NCBI RefSeq assembly: GCF_026210795.1
Contig: NC_089432.1
Coordinates: 5,208,001-5,272,000, forward strand
Direction: 5' to 3'
DNA: 64,000 nt
From: Rhizophagus irregularis
Taxonomy: Eukaryota
The notes beneath the pieces are model-generated. The model was not told where the DNA came from, searched no databases, and was given only the letters and a program-made list of their open reading frames with translations. A program made the position numbers and the translations under genes. Position 1 is the first letter of the stretch. Each line of letters begins with the position of its first letter. Positions 36,716 through 51,167 of this stretch are shown here, one piece after another.

Positions 36716-39713
36716 ATGGAAAATGATAACACTCCACAGGTTAGTCAATTGCGCACATTTTTTTTTTGTGAAATACTACTGAAATACTATTGAAAGTGCT
36801 TAAAAAAAATTAATTTGGGGTAAACGGCATATGGTATAGAGTTTTAATAGCGTTAATTTCTTAACAATTAACATCAATAGCATTATTTATTAGTTAGATA
36901 GCGTTAAATGTACATTATTTATTAGTTAGGTGACGTTAAATAGCGTTAGATATATATTAATTAACGTCACAAAGCATTATATTATTGCGCATTAATTTAT
37001 TGGTATTAAATAGCATTACTTTAATGTGCTTAACAGCTAACTTATTTATTAATCTATTAAATAGCAAGAAATTGAAACTGAAGTTGAAATTCCCGTAGAA
37101 ATTATTCTTGGTTCAGAATTAGAAAGTCTTGACTCTACAAATTATCCTTCATTAACACATCCTATAGAATTATCTGTTAATTCAAAATTTAGTTCGTGGG
37201 AAATTGCTGAACATTATCTAAAGGAATATGGAAGGCAAAAGGGATTTGTAGTTAATAAATACCGAGTTGAATATATTCAATTATCAAACTCAACTGTTCA
37301 AATTCCCAGAAGAAGAACATTTGCTTGTGAATATGCTGGAAAGTACAAACCTAACTATAAGTCTAAGCAAATTGATCAACAACGTAATAAAGGGTCAAAA
37401 AAAACTGATTGTAAATGGCGGGTTCACTTGAGTAAAACTATAAATAATAATTTCATTCATGTAACGTCTATCCATCTTGAACACAACCACAAAATACTTG
37501 CTGATAATACACAATTTGCTACAACATTCCGAAAATTTAATCAATCTATAATGAATGAAATTGAACATGCAGTTATACATGGACGTTGTGATGCATATAC
37601 TATAAGAAATCTATTACAACCATTATTTCCTGACCAGCTTTTTCTTACACAAGATCTTTCAAATGCAATTCAAAAAATTAAACGTGAAAAAAAAATAGCT
37701 GGAACAGATGCTTCTCATTTGTTAAAATTTCTCCTTGAACGACAAAAAGAAGAACCTATGATGTTTGTTCAACCTTTAATAAATGCGGATAGTGATAGAC
37801 TGTGTGGTATATTTTGGATGACGGAAAATCAAATTATTTTGTGGACGCGTTATTCAGATGTTATTTTACACGATAATACCTCTAGAACTAATAGATATAA
37901 CTGTCCATTATCTCTATTTATACTTGTTGATAATGATGGTAAATCACGTTTAGGAGCACAAGCTTTTTTAAATGATGAAACTCAGGAAAGTTATGAGTGG
38001 ATTTTACAACAAACGCTAAATGCAACAGGAATTGAACCAAAAGTTATAATCACTGATATGGATCCTGCAATGGATGTGGCATGTCAAACTACGTACAAAA
38101 ATGCGTATCACATACATTGCATTTGGCATATGACCTAAAATTTACCTAAACGTCTCAAAAATAAACTTGGTGCTGCAGATTTTAAGATATTTTTTCATGA
38201 TTTTTGGAAAACTCGCAATTCACTATGTGCAGAGGTTTTTGAACAACGATTTCAAGCTTTATTAAATAACTTTCCCAGTGGCAGTGATTATTTACATGAC
38301 CCAATATATTCAACACGCCATTCATGGGCACGAGCATTTACAAACAGAATATTTACAGCTGGTATACAGTCAACACAGCGTGTGGAGTCAATAAATGCCA
38401 TTATTCATAAAGTTGTTAATTCTAGCTCTACAATGGCAGAAGTAGCTGAGGCATTAGATTCTCGAATGCAAAAAGAAGAAATAAACAAGAATTTTATAGC
38501 ATGGAAATACAAATCAACAATATATCATCAGCCATTTGTTGTGGAAAATTTTTTTAGTAACGTTAATAATATAGTTCAAAAATATTTTTCACCAAGAATT
38601 GTTGGGGAAATACATAAACAAATGTGCGAATCAATAATTTACAAATGTGAAAAACTAGATATTAAAGATGCATTTGAGTTTATTGAGGATCAACTGGTGA
38701 GTAAAAAATTAAAATTATAGTAGAATGATATAATAAATGTTTAACTAGTACTATTATGTATATATTTTTAGGATCAAAATGAAATTCCCGAAAATCAAGA
38801 AAGCCAAGGAACGTCAAATGATCAAGAAGAAACCAATAATATTGAAGATTATTACGATTTTCGCCAGACATACTTAAAATCATTGTTAAATTCAGTACCA
38901 AAAGAAATGATTAAAGAAGTATGGCGTATCATTCCATATATGGTGCCAAGTTCATATCAGCATATTATTATTCTTAACGATGGAACCCATTTATGTACAT
39001 GCTTGTTATTGGTTTCATATGGAATTATTTGTCGTCATTATTTTAAATTAATGATTGAAAATCCAAACGCATTATTCCATATAATGCTAATGCCAACAAG
39101 ATGGCTTCTGGATGACGCTTGGAATCACATTGACTCTATTTTTAATGAAGCTTTTATCGGAACATCATCTAAAAATTTAAAGCCAATTCATGATGATAAT
39201 ATTGATCAAAGGATTTATCTTAATCCTAGGCATATTAATCACGTTCAAGAAGTAGAAATTTGTTATTATACACAAAAAAAAGTAGATTATGGTCGAATTA
39301 TGGGACATTTTAAGAAAGCACTAAACTATTCATTTGATAATAACGATCAAAAAAATTTAGATGATATTATACTAGCTTACATTGCGGAAAAAGAAACTAT
39401 TATGACTCAATTAGAAAGGGGAAATGTTCTTAAAGACAATAATACAAATAATCAATTAAAGTTGTCTGATGGTCGTACATATGATGTAGATGATATTGGA
39501 AATCCATTAAAACGTCAAGGAAAAGGGAGACCTGCTACTAAGCGATTAAAAGCTTGTAATGAACAAAAAAATAAGGCGAGTACGACACAAAAATCACAAA
39601 AAGAGAATGTACTATATGAAGAAAATATTGAAAATTCAAATGGGCGTAAATGTGGTTTGTGTCATAAAATGGGTCATTATGCTCCCAAGTGTCCCAATAA
39701 GAAAAACGTATAA
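36716..39713 (+). pseudogene. FAR1/MULE transposase with SWIM and CCHC knuckle; exons 36716-36739, 37065-38696, 38772-39713; one premature TAA at 38136-38138
   Basis: FAR1 DNA-binding domain (SKKTDCKW), MULE DDE core (HDNTSRTN, IITDMD, HCIWH, TQRVES), CTC...CRH SWIM, CGLCHKMGHYAPKC. Confidence 0.9.
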
Positions 39714-39819
39714 TATTTTAACAATTAAATAAAGTAATAATTTTTACTGTGTATAAATAATAATTTTTTAGTACATGTAAGCTAATTTATTAAGAGTTGA
39801 ACAATATACAAATACAATT

Positions 39820-40841
39820 CTGAATTTCTAATATTTAAACTAACCTATAAAGGATATAATCCCACGAAAATCCTTATCATAAAACACTATTCATACCCTT
39901 CGTTGATTTATAAAATAGTGTGTTGAATTTCATTTTGTTTATTTCTGTATAAGCAAGGCTGTACGTCTAATCTTTACATTATGTTAATATCTAAATAAAA
40001 ATTGGGCATTAGTTTGCGAGTTCAGAATTTCATTGCAAATGCACAACCACGACTAAAATATTCATACTTGTTTGTATAAATACCTCTTTCTATACTCCTC
40101 TTTCAAACACTTCGGATGCAATAAAAGGTGGCTTATCTATTATATGTGGTCGCACAGATCTGTTGTGCATTTATTCCAAAATAAATCTCAAAAATATCAA
40201 GTGTTTCCTGATGAAAAGTTTTGCCATTATCATATAAAAGAAAAGCAAAAACTAATTCTTTAAATTGAAGTATAAAAACGTATATACTTTTAATAAAAAA
40301 AAGAATTTGTTTGATTGCTACTTGATTAAACTAATGAATTATATAAGAAAAATGATTAAAATCCAAGTTAATTTAAGTTATTAAAATTGATGAATAAAGA
40401 GAAATTTTACCTTCTTAAGCCACTGAAAAACACATCTAGATTCTTTAAAAGCAAAATCCATTAAAGATATTTGACAGAATTGCGTATCTTAGGAAATTCT
40501 TGCTATTTAATAGATTAATAAATAAGTTAGCTGTTGAGCACAATAAAGTAATACTATTTAACACCAATAAACTAATGCGCAATAATATAATGCTTTGTGA
40601 CGTTAATTAATATACATCTAACGCTATTTAACGTCACCTAACTAATAAATAATGTACATTTAACGCTATCTAACATCACCTAACTAATAAATAATGCTAT
40701 TGACGTTAATTGTTAAGAAATTAACGCTATTAAAACTCCAAATTAATTTTTTTTAAGCACTTTCAATAGTATTTCAGTAGTATTTCACAAAAAAAAAATG
40801 TGCGCAATTGACTAACCTGTGGAGTGTTATCATTTTCCATG
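39820..40841 (-). pseudogene. Eroded second (convergent) MULE gene starting in the right TIR
   Basis: The right TIR has the same ATG exon MENDNTPQ and intron, followed by further exon-like segments with stops. Confidence 0.4.
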
Positions 40842-43800
40842 TTTCACGAATCACTGCTTGAGCCGTGTAACCCAATTTCTTTATGATAATTGAACAATTA
40901 AAGTTTTTGAGCTACTTTACTAGTACATAAAAGTATTTTTAAATGTTAAGAAGCAACTTTAACGCGTTTTTAAGCAAAAAAACAGGTTGTTTTTTTTATT
41001 TAAAAAGAGTGTTAGAAAAAAAAACTATCGACGAAGCTATAAAATTGTTTATATTTATTGTAACACAATAATCGTGCTATATTTTAATTGGATTTATCAC
41101 GTGATAAATAAAATGGGGGGTAGCGATGTCATCGCACGTGCGATGAATAAATTTTCTCTATATTAAATATGTTTTTAATAAAAAGAAAACAATATATACA
41201 ATATATAATGAACTTATTTAATATTCTTTTTAATAAATTTTTTTATAATTATTATATTTTATCTTTTAATTTTTCTTAAAAAACTTTTTAACTTTTTTCT
41301 TAATAAACTTTTTAATTTTTTTTTGTTTTTTTTGTCAAATTATTTTCAATTATACAAAATGATTTTCAATTTTACTAATGGCTAGCATTTTCCAATATCT
41401 GTATTTAAGCGATATATTAATATTTTTAATAAAGAAAAAGCAATATATGATAAAACTTATATAATATTCTTTTTAATAAATTTTTTAATAAATATTCTTT
41501 TTAATTAATATTCTTTTCTTTTTAATAAATTGTTTTAATAAATATTCTTTTTTTTATAAATTAAAATTAATATAAATTTGAAAATCATAAAATAAGCATA
41601 TCTTAATCTGTTTTATAAGTTTACTTAAAGAAAAAAAATAGTTTTTAAATACTATTTTTAACTTTATATTTAAACGAAGATTTTGCTAATTATATCCAAA
41701 AATAGAAAAACAAGAAAATGGCATTTAAAACCTCATTTTGTATTTTAAGTAAACTTATAGAGCAGATTAAAATAGTACATTTAATATATTGTATATGTTT
41801 AAAAGATTGTATTATTTTATATATATGGTGAAAATTTTATTTATAAAAAAATTTTTTTTTGAAATTATATAATTTACTTCTACTTTAGACATTTTTCAAA
41901 AAGGAAAGTGTAATGCATTATATATGTAATGAATAAATTTACTTATAATAAAATAATATAAAAAGGATATTAAAGGCAAATATTGGAGAGACTTATTGGA
42001 AAAAATATAAAAAATTTATTAAAAAAAAAATTTTATTAATTTGCATTTTAGGTAAAATTATCTAAAATAAAATTTAGCAGTTTAAACAATTGTTAAAATT
42101 TAGCCTACAACATTACCACTAGCTAATAATAAATAATAACAGATTAATTATTGAAAATAAAAAATAGAAAGTATAATGTCTGTAATAAATAGCTTTTTTA
42201 GTATTATTACAAAATTTTTCTTATATAATCATAGCAAAAATTTATCACCTTATATAATAAATACTTTAAATACTCTTCACATTTCCATTTTTATAAGTAT
42301 TCTAAAAACAGAATTTTTTCAGTAATTAAAATCTATTTATTATGATCTTATTTATCATATGGTTCATAATGTTAGCCAAAAAATCATGAAAAAAAAATTT
42401 TGTAGTAATACTACTAATAAATTAAATAAAAATTAAAGAATATAAAAGAATATTAAAAAGAATATTAAAAAAATTATCACACTATAATTAAGCTATAATG
42501 CTGGCCGGAATTAAGTGATCGCCATATAAATTTCCTTTTTTGGAGTATTTGTGAAACCAATTTTCCAATTTTTGCGAGAAGTAAAATTTCCTTTTTTGGA
42601 AATTTGTGTAACGTTACATTAATAATTTTCTTAAATCCGCCCAGGATTACTCCAATTTTTGGTAGAAATTAAATATTTCCTTTTTTGAAAAATTGATCAC
42701 AAGTAATTGTAAAATTAATAAAATCAATTATAATTCCGGCCAGAATTACAATCACATGATTTCGGAATTCGGGTAAATAGTTTAGCCACCAGATTTGTTA
42801 AAAAAATATTTTTAAACAAAATTTCCGTATAAGGAGATTATAATTCTGGCTGGCACTATAAATTAAATATTGTGCAACGTAGATCCCTTACATAAAAGGA
42901 AAATTTCCTTAAAAGGCGATTTTCAAATTCAAATTTCGAAATTTCAAAAATCTTAAAAAAAATTCCCTTTTATGGTAATTTTTTTTTGAAATTTCGAAAT
43001 TTTGAAATTTTGAACTTTTAAAATCGCCTTATAAGGAAATTTTCCTTTTATAGGATAGATCTACGTTACACAAAACGTCCAAAAAAGGAAATTTGGTAAC
43101 ACTAACTTCCTTATTTGGACATTTGTGTAACGTTACATTGCCATAAAAGGAGATTTTCCTTATAAGGAGAATCTCCTTATAAGGAGATTTTGAAAATTCA
43201 AAAATCGAAAAATCAATTTTTCGAAATTTTGGCACTTTTCGTTCAAACGGTACACCGTACAAATCATCATTGTTACAAATTAATTTTGATATTATTAAAA
43301 CCCTTAGTTTACAAAAAATCCAAAATTAGATGATTATATATTAGTTATAGAATATGCATCGGAGAATCGGAAGGAGATTTACATAAATATTTTACAAAAG
43401 AAATTTGTAGAAATTAATTGGCAACGAAAATATTTATTCTAACTAAATTATTAATGTATATATAATTATATTAAGCTATTAATCTTCTTATTATTTTAGG
43501 CTTCTGCATCTGTATCATGAAATTTCTAAGTAGATTATCGATCCATGTAATTTCAAATGGATTAGTTCGGAGATATGTGAAATTCAATACATTCCCATAT
43601 CTATGCCGAAAATACCACGTGTTTTGCCACAAACTATCAGAACTATTCAGATTTCCAATATATTAGTAGATTATTCAATTAAAGATTTGAATCTTGTAAA
43701 ATTGGGAACTTATAACAGGTTGTTTTACTAACGTTGAACATTATTATTAAATCATTGATGAAAATTGAGCTAATTTAATGAAAAGTTGTTAGTAATCCTG

Positions 43801-44375
43801 ATCCTAAAAAAGACTTGTTAGCCATGGTTTTAATCAAATTAGACTTTCAATTTTATATTAATAGTAGACTTAGTGTAATCGGAAATAAGCGAAATATTGA
43901 ATAATTCTTGTAAAAATAATGGTAAATATTTATTGAATCGATTATACATTTTTTATTTATTATTATTTTTTTTTTAATTTGAAAACACATTAAAATTAAT
44001 TCAAAGACTTCTTTCACAACTCTCAAAACAATAATGAAAAAATAAGAAGCTGCAAAAACAAATAACTTAAATTTGTTTATAAGGCGCAGTAAAAGTAATT
44101 AATAAACGTCGGCAGACTTAACAGGTTCATTAAATCATAAACTTGAAACTATTTACTAACTGAGTTTTTTGAAAGAATTGTTTAATATGATAATTAAAAT
44201 TAAACTTCAACTCATTTATAAGCCGCATGAAAAATGTACCGATTTTGCAATGATAGAAATTCAAATCAATGATTTTTATTTGCCGATAATATAGTATGTT
44301 TTAAAAAAACTCATGGAGTTACATTTAAACATTCGAATTTAATATAAGCTAATGAAAAATTATTCATTTTTCTTA

Positions 44376-44770
44376 TTGAACGTGTTTTTCTGGTTATATT
44401 TTTCAAGATTTTCTTTACTCAATTTATACCAACTCAAATAATAAAAACAGATATAAAAAATCTTTACATTAGTTAATAAACTATGGTGTGAAGTCATGAT
44501 TCCAATTTTATGGAGTAATCCTTATAAATATGATTATAAAGAAAAATTATTATTCAATATTATCATTTCGCACTTATCAGATAATTCAATTTGAATTTTT
44601 GAAAGATAAAAACATCATTAAAACAAATTTTCAAAAGCAAAAACTTATGTTTAGATTTTTCAAATATCTTAATGGTATTCATTTTATTTATTCAAAGTTA
44701 TTGAAGAAGAAATTTATAAGCTTTCTATTAGTGAATTTTCATCTATAAAAAATTTAAATTATCATAAGTT
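44376..44770 (+). pseudogene. F-box gene relic paralogous to 9808-11217
   Basis: LVNKLWCEVMIPILWSNPYKY and SHLSDNSI...NFQKQKL in broken frames. Confidence 0.8.
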
Positions 44771-45867
44771 TATTCTATGCAAGACATAATAAGCTTAGAA
44801 CAAAAAGTTTTAAAATGAATAAAATCATAATTTCAACAAACAACTTTTTGAAAAATGATTTACCATTATTAACTTATTCCTTGCCTTTTTTTTAAAAAAA
44901 AAACAATTCCTTTTTCAAAAAAGAATGGAGGATTATAACGAAAAATACTAGAGAGAATAAATCAAAAAAGATATTCCATAATGTTTATATATAATATACT
45001 CTTCAACATTGATAAGCAATATATTAAGTATACATGTAACAGCAACTTAATGCATAGTTTCAATTAAAGGACCAACAATTAATTATAAGAATTGTAAAAC
45101 TATATTACTACTTAATGATACAAATATTTAGAATCAAAATCCAAATGTATTAAAACATTTAGAAATATATCAAGAATTTCAAATGCAATAAAACAATTGT
45201 CATCTTCCTTCCATTTTGTGCAATGATTTCATATATTTGTTCCAGATTCTAGATGAATTGATAATCTCTAATTTCATGTATCCAAAAGCCTATATATATT
45301 TTTATTTTTATTTTAAGACAAGAAACAGAAGTAAGAATTATTCATTACCATATCCTAAAGTAATTTGCCATGCCTGTTATTATATTTTATTTTACTCTAA
45401 CTACTGAAACTCATATAGGCTTATCAGCTAGAGTTTCCATCAAAATAAAAAGAAAGTAAAAAAAACAACTATTTATATGGGACAAAATAAGAACTAATTT
45501 TTTGACTAAAATATAAACATAATAAAATCTGTATATTTGATAGTATAAAGAATATAATCCATTTTACAACAATATTATATTTCCTCACAAAATATTTAGA
45601 AAAGCCCAATTAAATTAACTTTAATTCTATTGCTACACTATTTTTCACATAAATAAAGAATTAAGAATTTAATGTAAATTATCAATTCCTAATTATTTTA
45701 AAAATTTATAAAATAAAGTTATTATTTAACCATAGAGGTTTTGGTAATGATGATGGACAATCTGTTATTTTATGTAAACTTGTCCTCTAACATTGAAACT
45801 GCAGTTTCTCCTTATATATTATATAGAAATATACTCATAAATCCATATATAATTTACCCTCTTTTTT

Positions 45868-46260
45868 ACAGTAACTGTAATTCAATATTATTCATTTATA
45901 TTTTTATATATGGAATTAATTTGTTGAAATACTACTCAATGTAAATTATTGAGTATCTATTATATACTAAATAGCTAAGGTTTACTTCAAATGAATACTT
46001 TGGATTCATCTAAACTTATAGAAGACATCATAATAATATTTCATTAATTCCAGGAAAGATAAAAAAAAATGAAAAAAAATAACAGTAACTGTAATTTAAT
46101 ATTATTCATTTATATGTTTATATGGAATTAATTTGTTGAAACACTAATTATTGAGTATAGATTATATACTAAATAGCTAAGGTTTTACTTCAAATGAATA
46201 CTTTGGATCCATCTAAACTTATAGAAGACATTATAATAATAATATTTTAATTAATTCCAT
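45868..46260. repeat. Tandem duplication of ~180 bp
   Basis: ACAGTAACTGTAATT...CTTATAGAAGACAT at ~45868 and ~46082. Confidence 0.85.
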
Positions 46261-48451
46261 AATATTAACGTTAAACCGAAAAAAGAAAATATGATAAGAA
46301 AATATGGTTTAAAAAATTTTCTGAAAACAATTTTTATATATAACAAAAAAAAGTAAAAATATTTCATGATTGGCTTTTTTAATATGCTTCACATGCCTTT
46401 AACACATTCTAACAATACTTCTAACGTGTTTTTACATGTTGCTAATAATTTGTGAAGAATTATTTTGCAGTAAATAATATCAAATACCTAAATAAGAGCC
46501 AAAGAAACAATACATCTTTGTAGATTACTTTTGTTTACCAGTTCTAAATTTTATTCAGAAAAGTTTGTTCAAAGGATGCAAATGATGAGTCAGTTAATTT
46601 CCTTTTCATTGAAAGTAATACCATAATTCTTCAAAAAAAATTTTGCAACTAATTTATTTCTTCTAATCATATATTCTCCCTTTTGTTAATTGGTTCACAT
46701 TTTCTTCCAATCTTTCATTTTAATCATTGCTTTGTTTTATCAGTAATTAATGACAGTATGCATCTTTTCATTACATTTAAGGAGATGATATGCAGAAACT
46801 TCAATTTTCTTTGTCCTCTTCCCAATCTTTATTTTATTTCTTTTGCCAAGTTTATTCTGTTGTTCTAGCTTTTCATCAATTCATATTTACAATCTTGTAT
46901 AGAGGTTTTTATATTTAATACAGTTTTGAAAATTTGGTTCAGTTCATCTGCATATCCTAGCTTATCACTGTATATATTATATTATCAAAATCATTTATTT
47001 CCAAATGTTGCTTCTTATATGTTTTTATAATAGTTCAGTTCCAAAAATATTTCTATTAAGGTTAATCTTTTTATAATATAAACAATTAATAATATAATTA
47101 GTGTAGTGAAAGGGTCTATTCTTAGTAATGTTAATAATATTACTAACTTATGTATTACTATTAGCAATATATTATAAATGCATACCAATGTTTTCAGCTA
47201 TAATTATAAATATTATTATTTTTGTTAAAGGGTGATGTCAGAAAATTTAAGGTCGAAATATTCGAGTCCCTTTTCAGTAGAGCATATTTTAGAATCCCAT
47301 CCTTCCTCTGTTTTTTTGTAACAAATCATTTCAAAGAATTGAGTAAAAAGAATAATGCATGTTGACAGAAAATAGGATCTCCATTAAATCTATAACCATA
47401 AAGATATGTTTCTACCTGTGTCTTAAATTTTTTACTATATTAGAGTTATCGCTTAGAACCATGTTTGCCATAGGATCTCACCACATTAGCAACATTCGCA
47501 CAGTGAGCACCTCTTTTTCCTTTAGTGTATGGAACTGTGACTACTTTGAAATAGTGCTAGTAATACATTCATTATTGTTGATTAATATAACCAATGATAA
47601 AAATAAAGATTTTTCAAAATTTCTCAAGTTTTATAATTTATAGTTTTACTTATAAAATGGATGAGTATAGGTCTGAATATTTTAATAAATTATTGTCTAC
47701 TGAAAATATCAAAAAAAGATGGGAAATATATAATTAAGAAACCAACTCCCTAATAACCAAAATAAGATAAAAAATAAATATTTCTTCTCAAGTATTTGAC
47801 TAGGTAAAGGACATTTCATCTTTTACTAATGCATTTGCAACATTTCAAAATCTTTCATAATTATTCTTAATCATAATAAATACACTCAAATATATATTAA
47901 ACTTGTTGGTTTTGTATGTATTATCATTTAATACTATCATCACAACTGTTGATAGCCCAAAAAATTAAAATCAATTAAGTTGATCTAAAGTTTTAAAAGA
48001 AAATCGACCATTCATTAAATAAAAAAATTGGAACTTTGGTTATTTGGAAGGGTGTTACATTAGTTTGTTCTATAAAATTCAGAATAAAGGTAATGTATAT
48101 ATATAGTACACACCCACAGGTAGTTTCTTATAAAGACAATCTAAATTTGCTTGATGCAATTTTTTGAATAAAAAAAAGGTTTATATATGCCTCTATTCTG
48201 GTTATTTAATTAAACGAGGCAGAGCGATGGGTAGTCATAATGAAAATATATATTATATTAACTATAAAGGATTATAAAAGTTATGAGTAAAATTTGTAAC
48301 AATGAAACAGTAAAGAGAGAAAAAGAACCAAATGAACTTATAATCTATTTATATTTATTAAACTAAAGTAATAAAATGTATCAAATGTACTTAAGTATTA
48401 AAAGTTAATATCATCAGTGAACCTTAAATGATATTAAAACAATAAAAAATA

Positions 48452-48710
48452 CACCACCAGGCGAACCAGAATATGAATAAATTTTTTTAAAAAAATATGC
48501 CACAAGGCAAACCAGAAATTTTTTTTAAATGCATTTTTTAAAAAAATAATACGCCACAAGGCGAACCAGAAATTTTTTTAAATGTATTTTTTTAAAAAAA
48601 TAATACGCCACAAGGCGAACCAGAACTTTTTTTTTAAAAAAAATGCGCCATAAGGTGAACCAGAAATTTTTTTAAATGTATTTTTTTTAGGAAGAAATAT
48701 GCCACAATGC
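48452..48710. repeat. Minisatellite, 5-6 units of ~45-55 bp with core CGCCACAAGGCGAACCAGAA
   Basis: Seen directly; each unit has a CGCC/GGCG mini-hairpin. Confidence 0.85.
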
Positions 48711-51167
48711 TTATGACAATAAAAATTAATAATTAACAAGTACAATCCATCATTACTCTTCCTTTAATCAAAATTTAAATGTGGTGAAATTTAATTCTCT
48801 GATATCTAGTTTGTGTATAAGCCTTGAAGTCATTTTTGATTGCAAAATAAATATTCATTATTCAATAAAACAAAAAAAAAAGATTATTAAAAATGCAATC
48901 TGTGTTGGCCTTTTTCCAAAATGCATTCCATATATTTGTTAATATATTTTTATTTAACCATAATTGTTGAAGTTTTCAAATCCTTGAACAAGTAATTTTT
49001 CCAAGTTCAGTATAAATTATAGGTTGAGCCTTGTGAATTTACAGCAATTTGGCAAACTTCTGGCAATAACTCATCATCTGTGACAAATATGTTGGTATAA
49101 TAATAAAGTTATTCAACATATTTTGATCATATATATTGGCTTAGTTTTTACTGTTGATCTTTGATAAACTGATGTCTATTTTGTTGTTTATACAATTAAA
49201 TCCAATTTCAATTTTAACTTGATAATCTTTTAATCTTTTAACATACATTGATTATCTTTTTTGAATAATTATATTATATGAAATTTGTGCTGAATAATCT
49301 TTTCTTTGATATTTAAACTTTTTAAAAGTCAATGTTTGAATTTTTGTAAGACTCTATTCAATTACAGACATAGGAAGAATCTTTAGAGATAACCAACAGA
49401 TACAATCCACACAAAAGGCAAAGATCTGTCACGCCAGAGTCAGTTCAGAACACCAGTGAAATGACCTTGAACGACAAATCATAAATCTTGTGTATAGATC
49501 TATGGAAAACAATTTTTAAATATATCAATTATATAAATTGAATGATATGCATATTCTTAACATTTTTAGTTTGATATTCATTGCAAAAATCACAGACCAG
49601 GCTTTTTTAAAAGTTCTACATACATATCCTTTTTAAATTATTAAAACTGATTGTGTCTTTGATATAGATAATCTTTCTTTTTAAGAGTTGAACTATAAAT
49701 TGTAAATATTGCATTGCAGATATCCAACATAATTTGAAATAGTAACAATGAAATTGTTGATGCGTCAAGAAGCCAGTGAACCCCCATTTTATTAGAATAT
49801 TATTCTTTGAGTATTTCATTTTGAGATTTCAGTTCATTGATTACTTTTTGATTCATACAAATCTAATAATATTTAAAAATAAAATTTATAATAATTAAAA
49901 AAATTGGCTTTTAGTTAAATTTTGCCATTAACATCCATGATGTAGTGCATCACGTGCAAATTCATTTGCACTGTTAATTTTAGATAAATGTATAAGAAGT
50001 ATCGATCAATACTTCCTATTTTTGTATTGGATTATTTGTAGGAGGAGTAGTATATATAAACTATTGAAATTATTGAAATGTTGAAGTGTTGTAGTGTTGA
50101 AGTGTCTGATTTACATTTAAATTTCTGATAATATATTCTAAAGTGATAATCAAGACATTAAACTAAATTAAAGAAATAAAAATAGAAATTTGTTTTTGAG
50201 TTTAAAATGTGATTTTTGTTTTCTTGCATAAATACTATATCTAATAAAGAAAATCAGCCTCTCTGAAAAAAAAATAGCCTCCCGTGAAGGAAGGAAAAAA
50301 AGCCTCCTATGATCAAGTCTTCAAAGTTAGAATTCTTGTGAATGATTTTATTTTATATTAATGTCTGACAAAACAATTGGTCCAATATTTTCCATCTGAT
50401 AATTGAAATTTTGTATTCTTCTTTAATAGAATCTATGGACAATTTAAGATCCAGTGGCCTTGATACTTTTTTTTAAATTTTAAAGTAAAATCATTATAAT
50501 TCAAAATTTTTTGAATTCATAACTAATAATCTCTTATTATTTTTCAAAATTGCTCTCAGTCTTCCAAATTCAGGTATTATTGCAATTTTTTTCAATTTCC
50601 TGTTTTCAATATGTATTATGCTGATTTACTTATAGTGTAAAGAATTGACCTGATTTATTTCATTTGTATTTATTTCCTTTGATGATAAAATATTAAATTG
50701 GAATTTAAACTATCTTTTTTAACATTGTTTTTCATAAAAGTATTGTATTCGTATAATCTTTTTTTTGTTTTTCAATAGATATATAAAATCAATGAATCTC
50801 TACATTTGTAGCATTTTTTCTTTAAGTAAAAACAATCAATAAAATTCATCAAGTGCCATTTTTCTAATTGTATATATTTTGTTAATGATATTCAACTTTC
50901 TTTAATGAAAGTTGAGAAATTTTGAGAATTAGACCAAACAATACTTCTGGCTAATCTGCAATAATAGTAAAACTTGAGAATAATTCATTAGTGAGTAATT
51001 ATGGTTTTTGCATAATGGTATCTTGTAATATATATAATTGGTTGGACCTTTAAATACTCAAAACACTCCATTTCTTATAAAATATTTTGATACTAATTTC
51101 TTCTTTATATGTAATATGTGCATGTCTATATATGTCTTTAAGTCAACACATGAAATTTTTTGAATGT

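Larger units (their letters stand above)
36398..41158 (+). mobile_element. MULE (Mutator) transposon, 4.76 kb
   Basis: ~665-bp near-identical TIRs starting GAGAAAATTTATTCATCGCACG; 9-bp TSD TATATTAAA; transposase inside. Confidence 0.96.
32077..43259. mobile_element. Large non-autonomous TIR element (11.2 kb), TAC...GTA termini, 6-bp TSD; IS3EU-like
   Basis: TIRs 32077-32777 and 42494-43259 are near-identical apart from indels; CAAATC at 32071-32076 and 43260-43265; AT-rich internal tandem units. Confidence 0.88.
31117..43860 (+). pseudogene. Kinase-family pseudogene split by the 11.2-kb TIR element (5' part 31117-32076, 3' part ~43266-43860)
   Basis: MELTNVNDGNSFD...KSSPV N-terminus; removing the element and one CAAATC restores LESNHHCY; YILVIEYAS...GDLHKY-like relic downstream; many frameshifts. 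Confidence 0.7.

Noticed and set aside
48452..48710. CRISPR-like repeat-spacer look
   Set aside because: Spacers resemble each other and are homopolymeric; eukaryotic context; no cas genes
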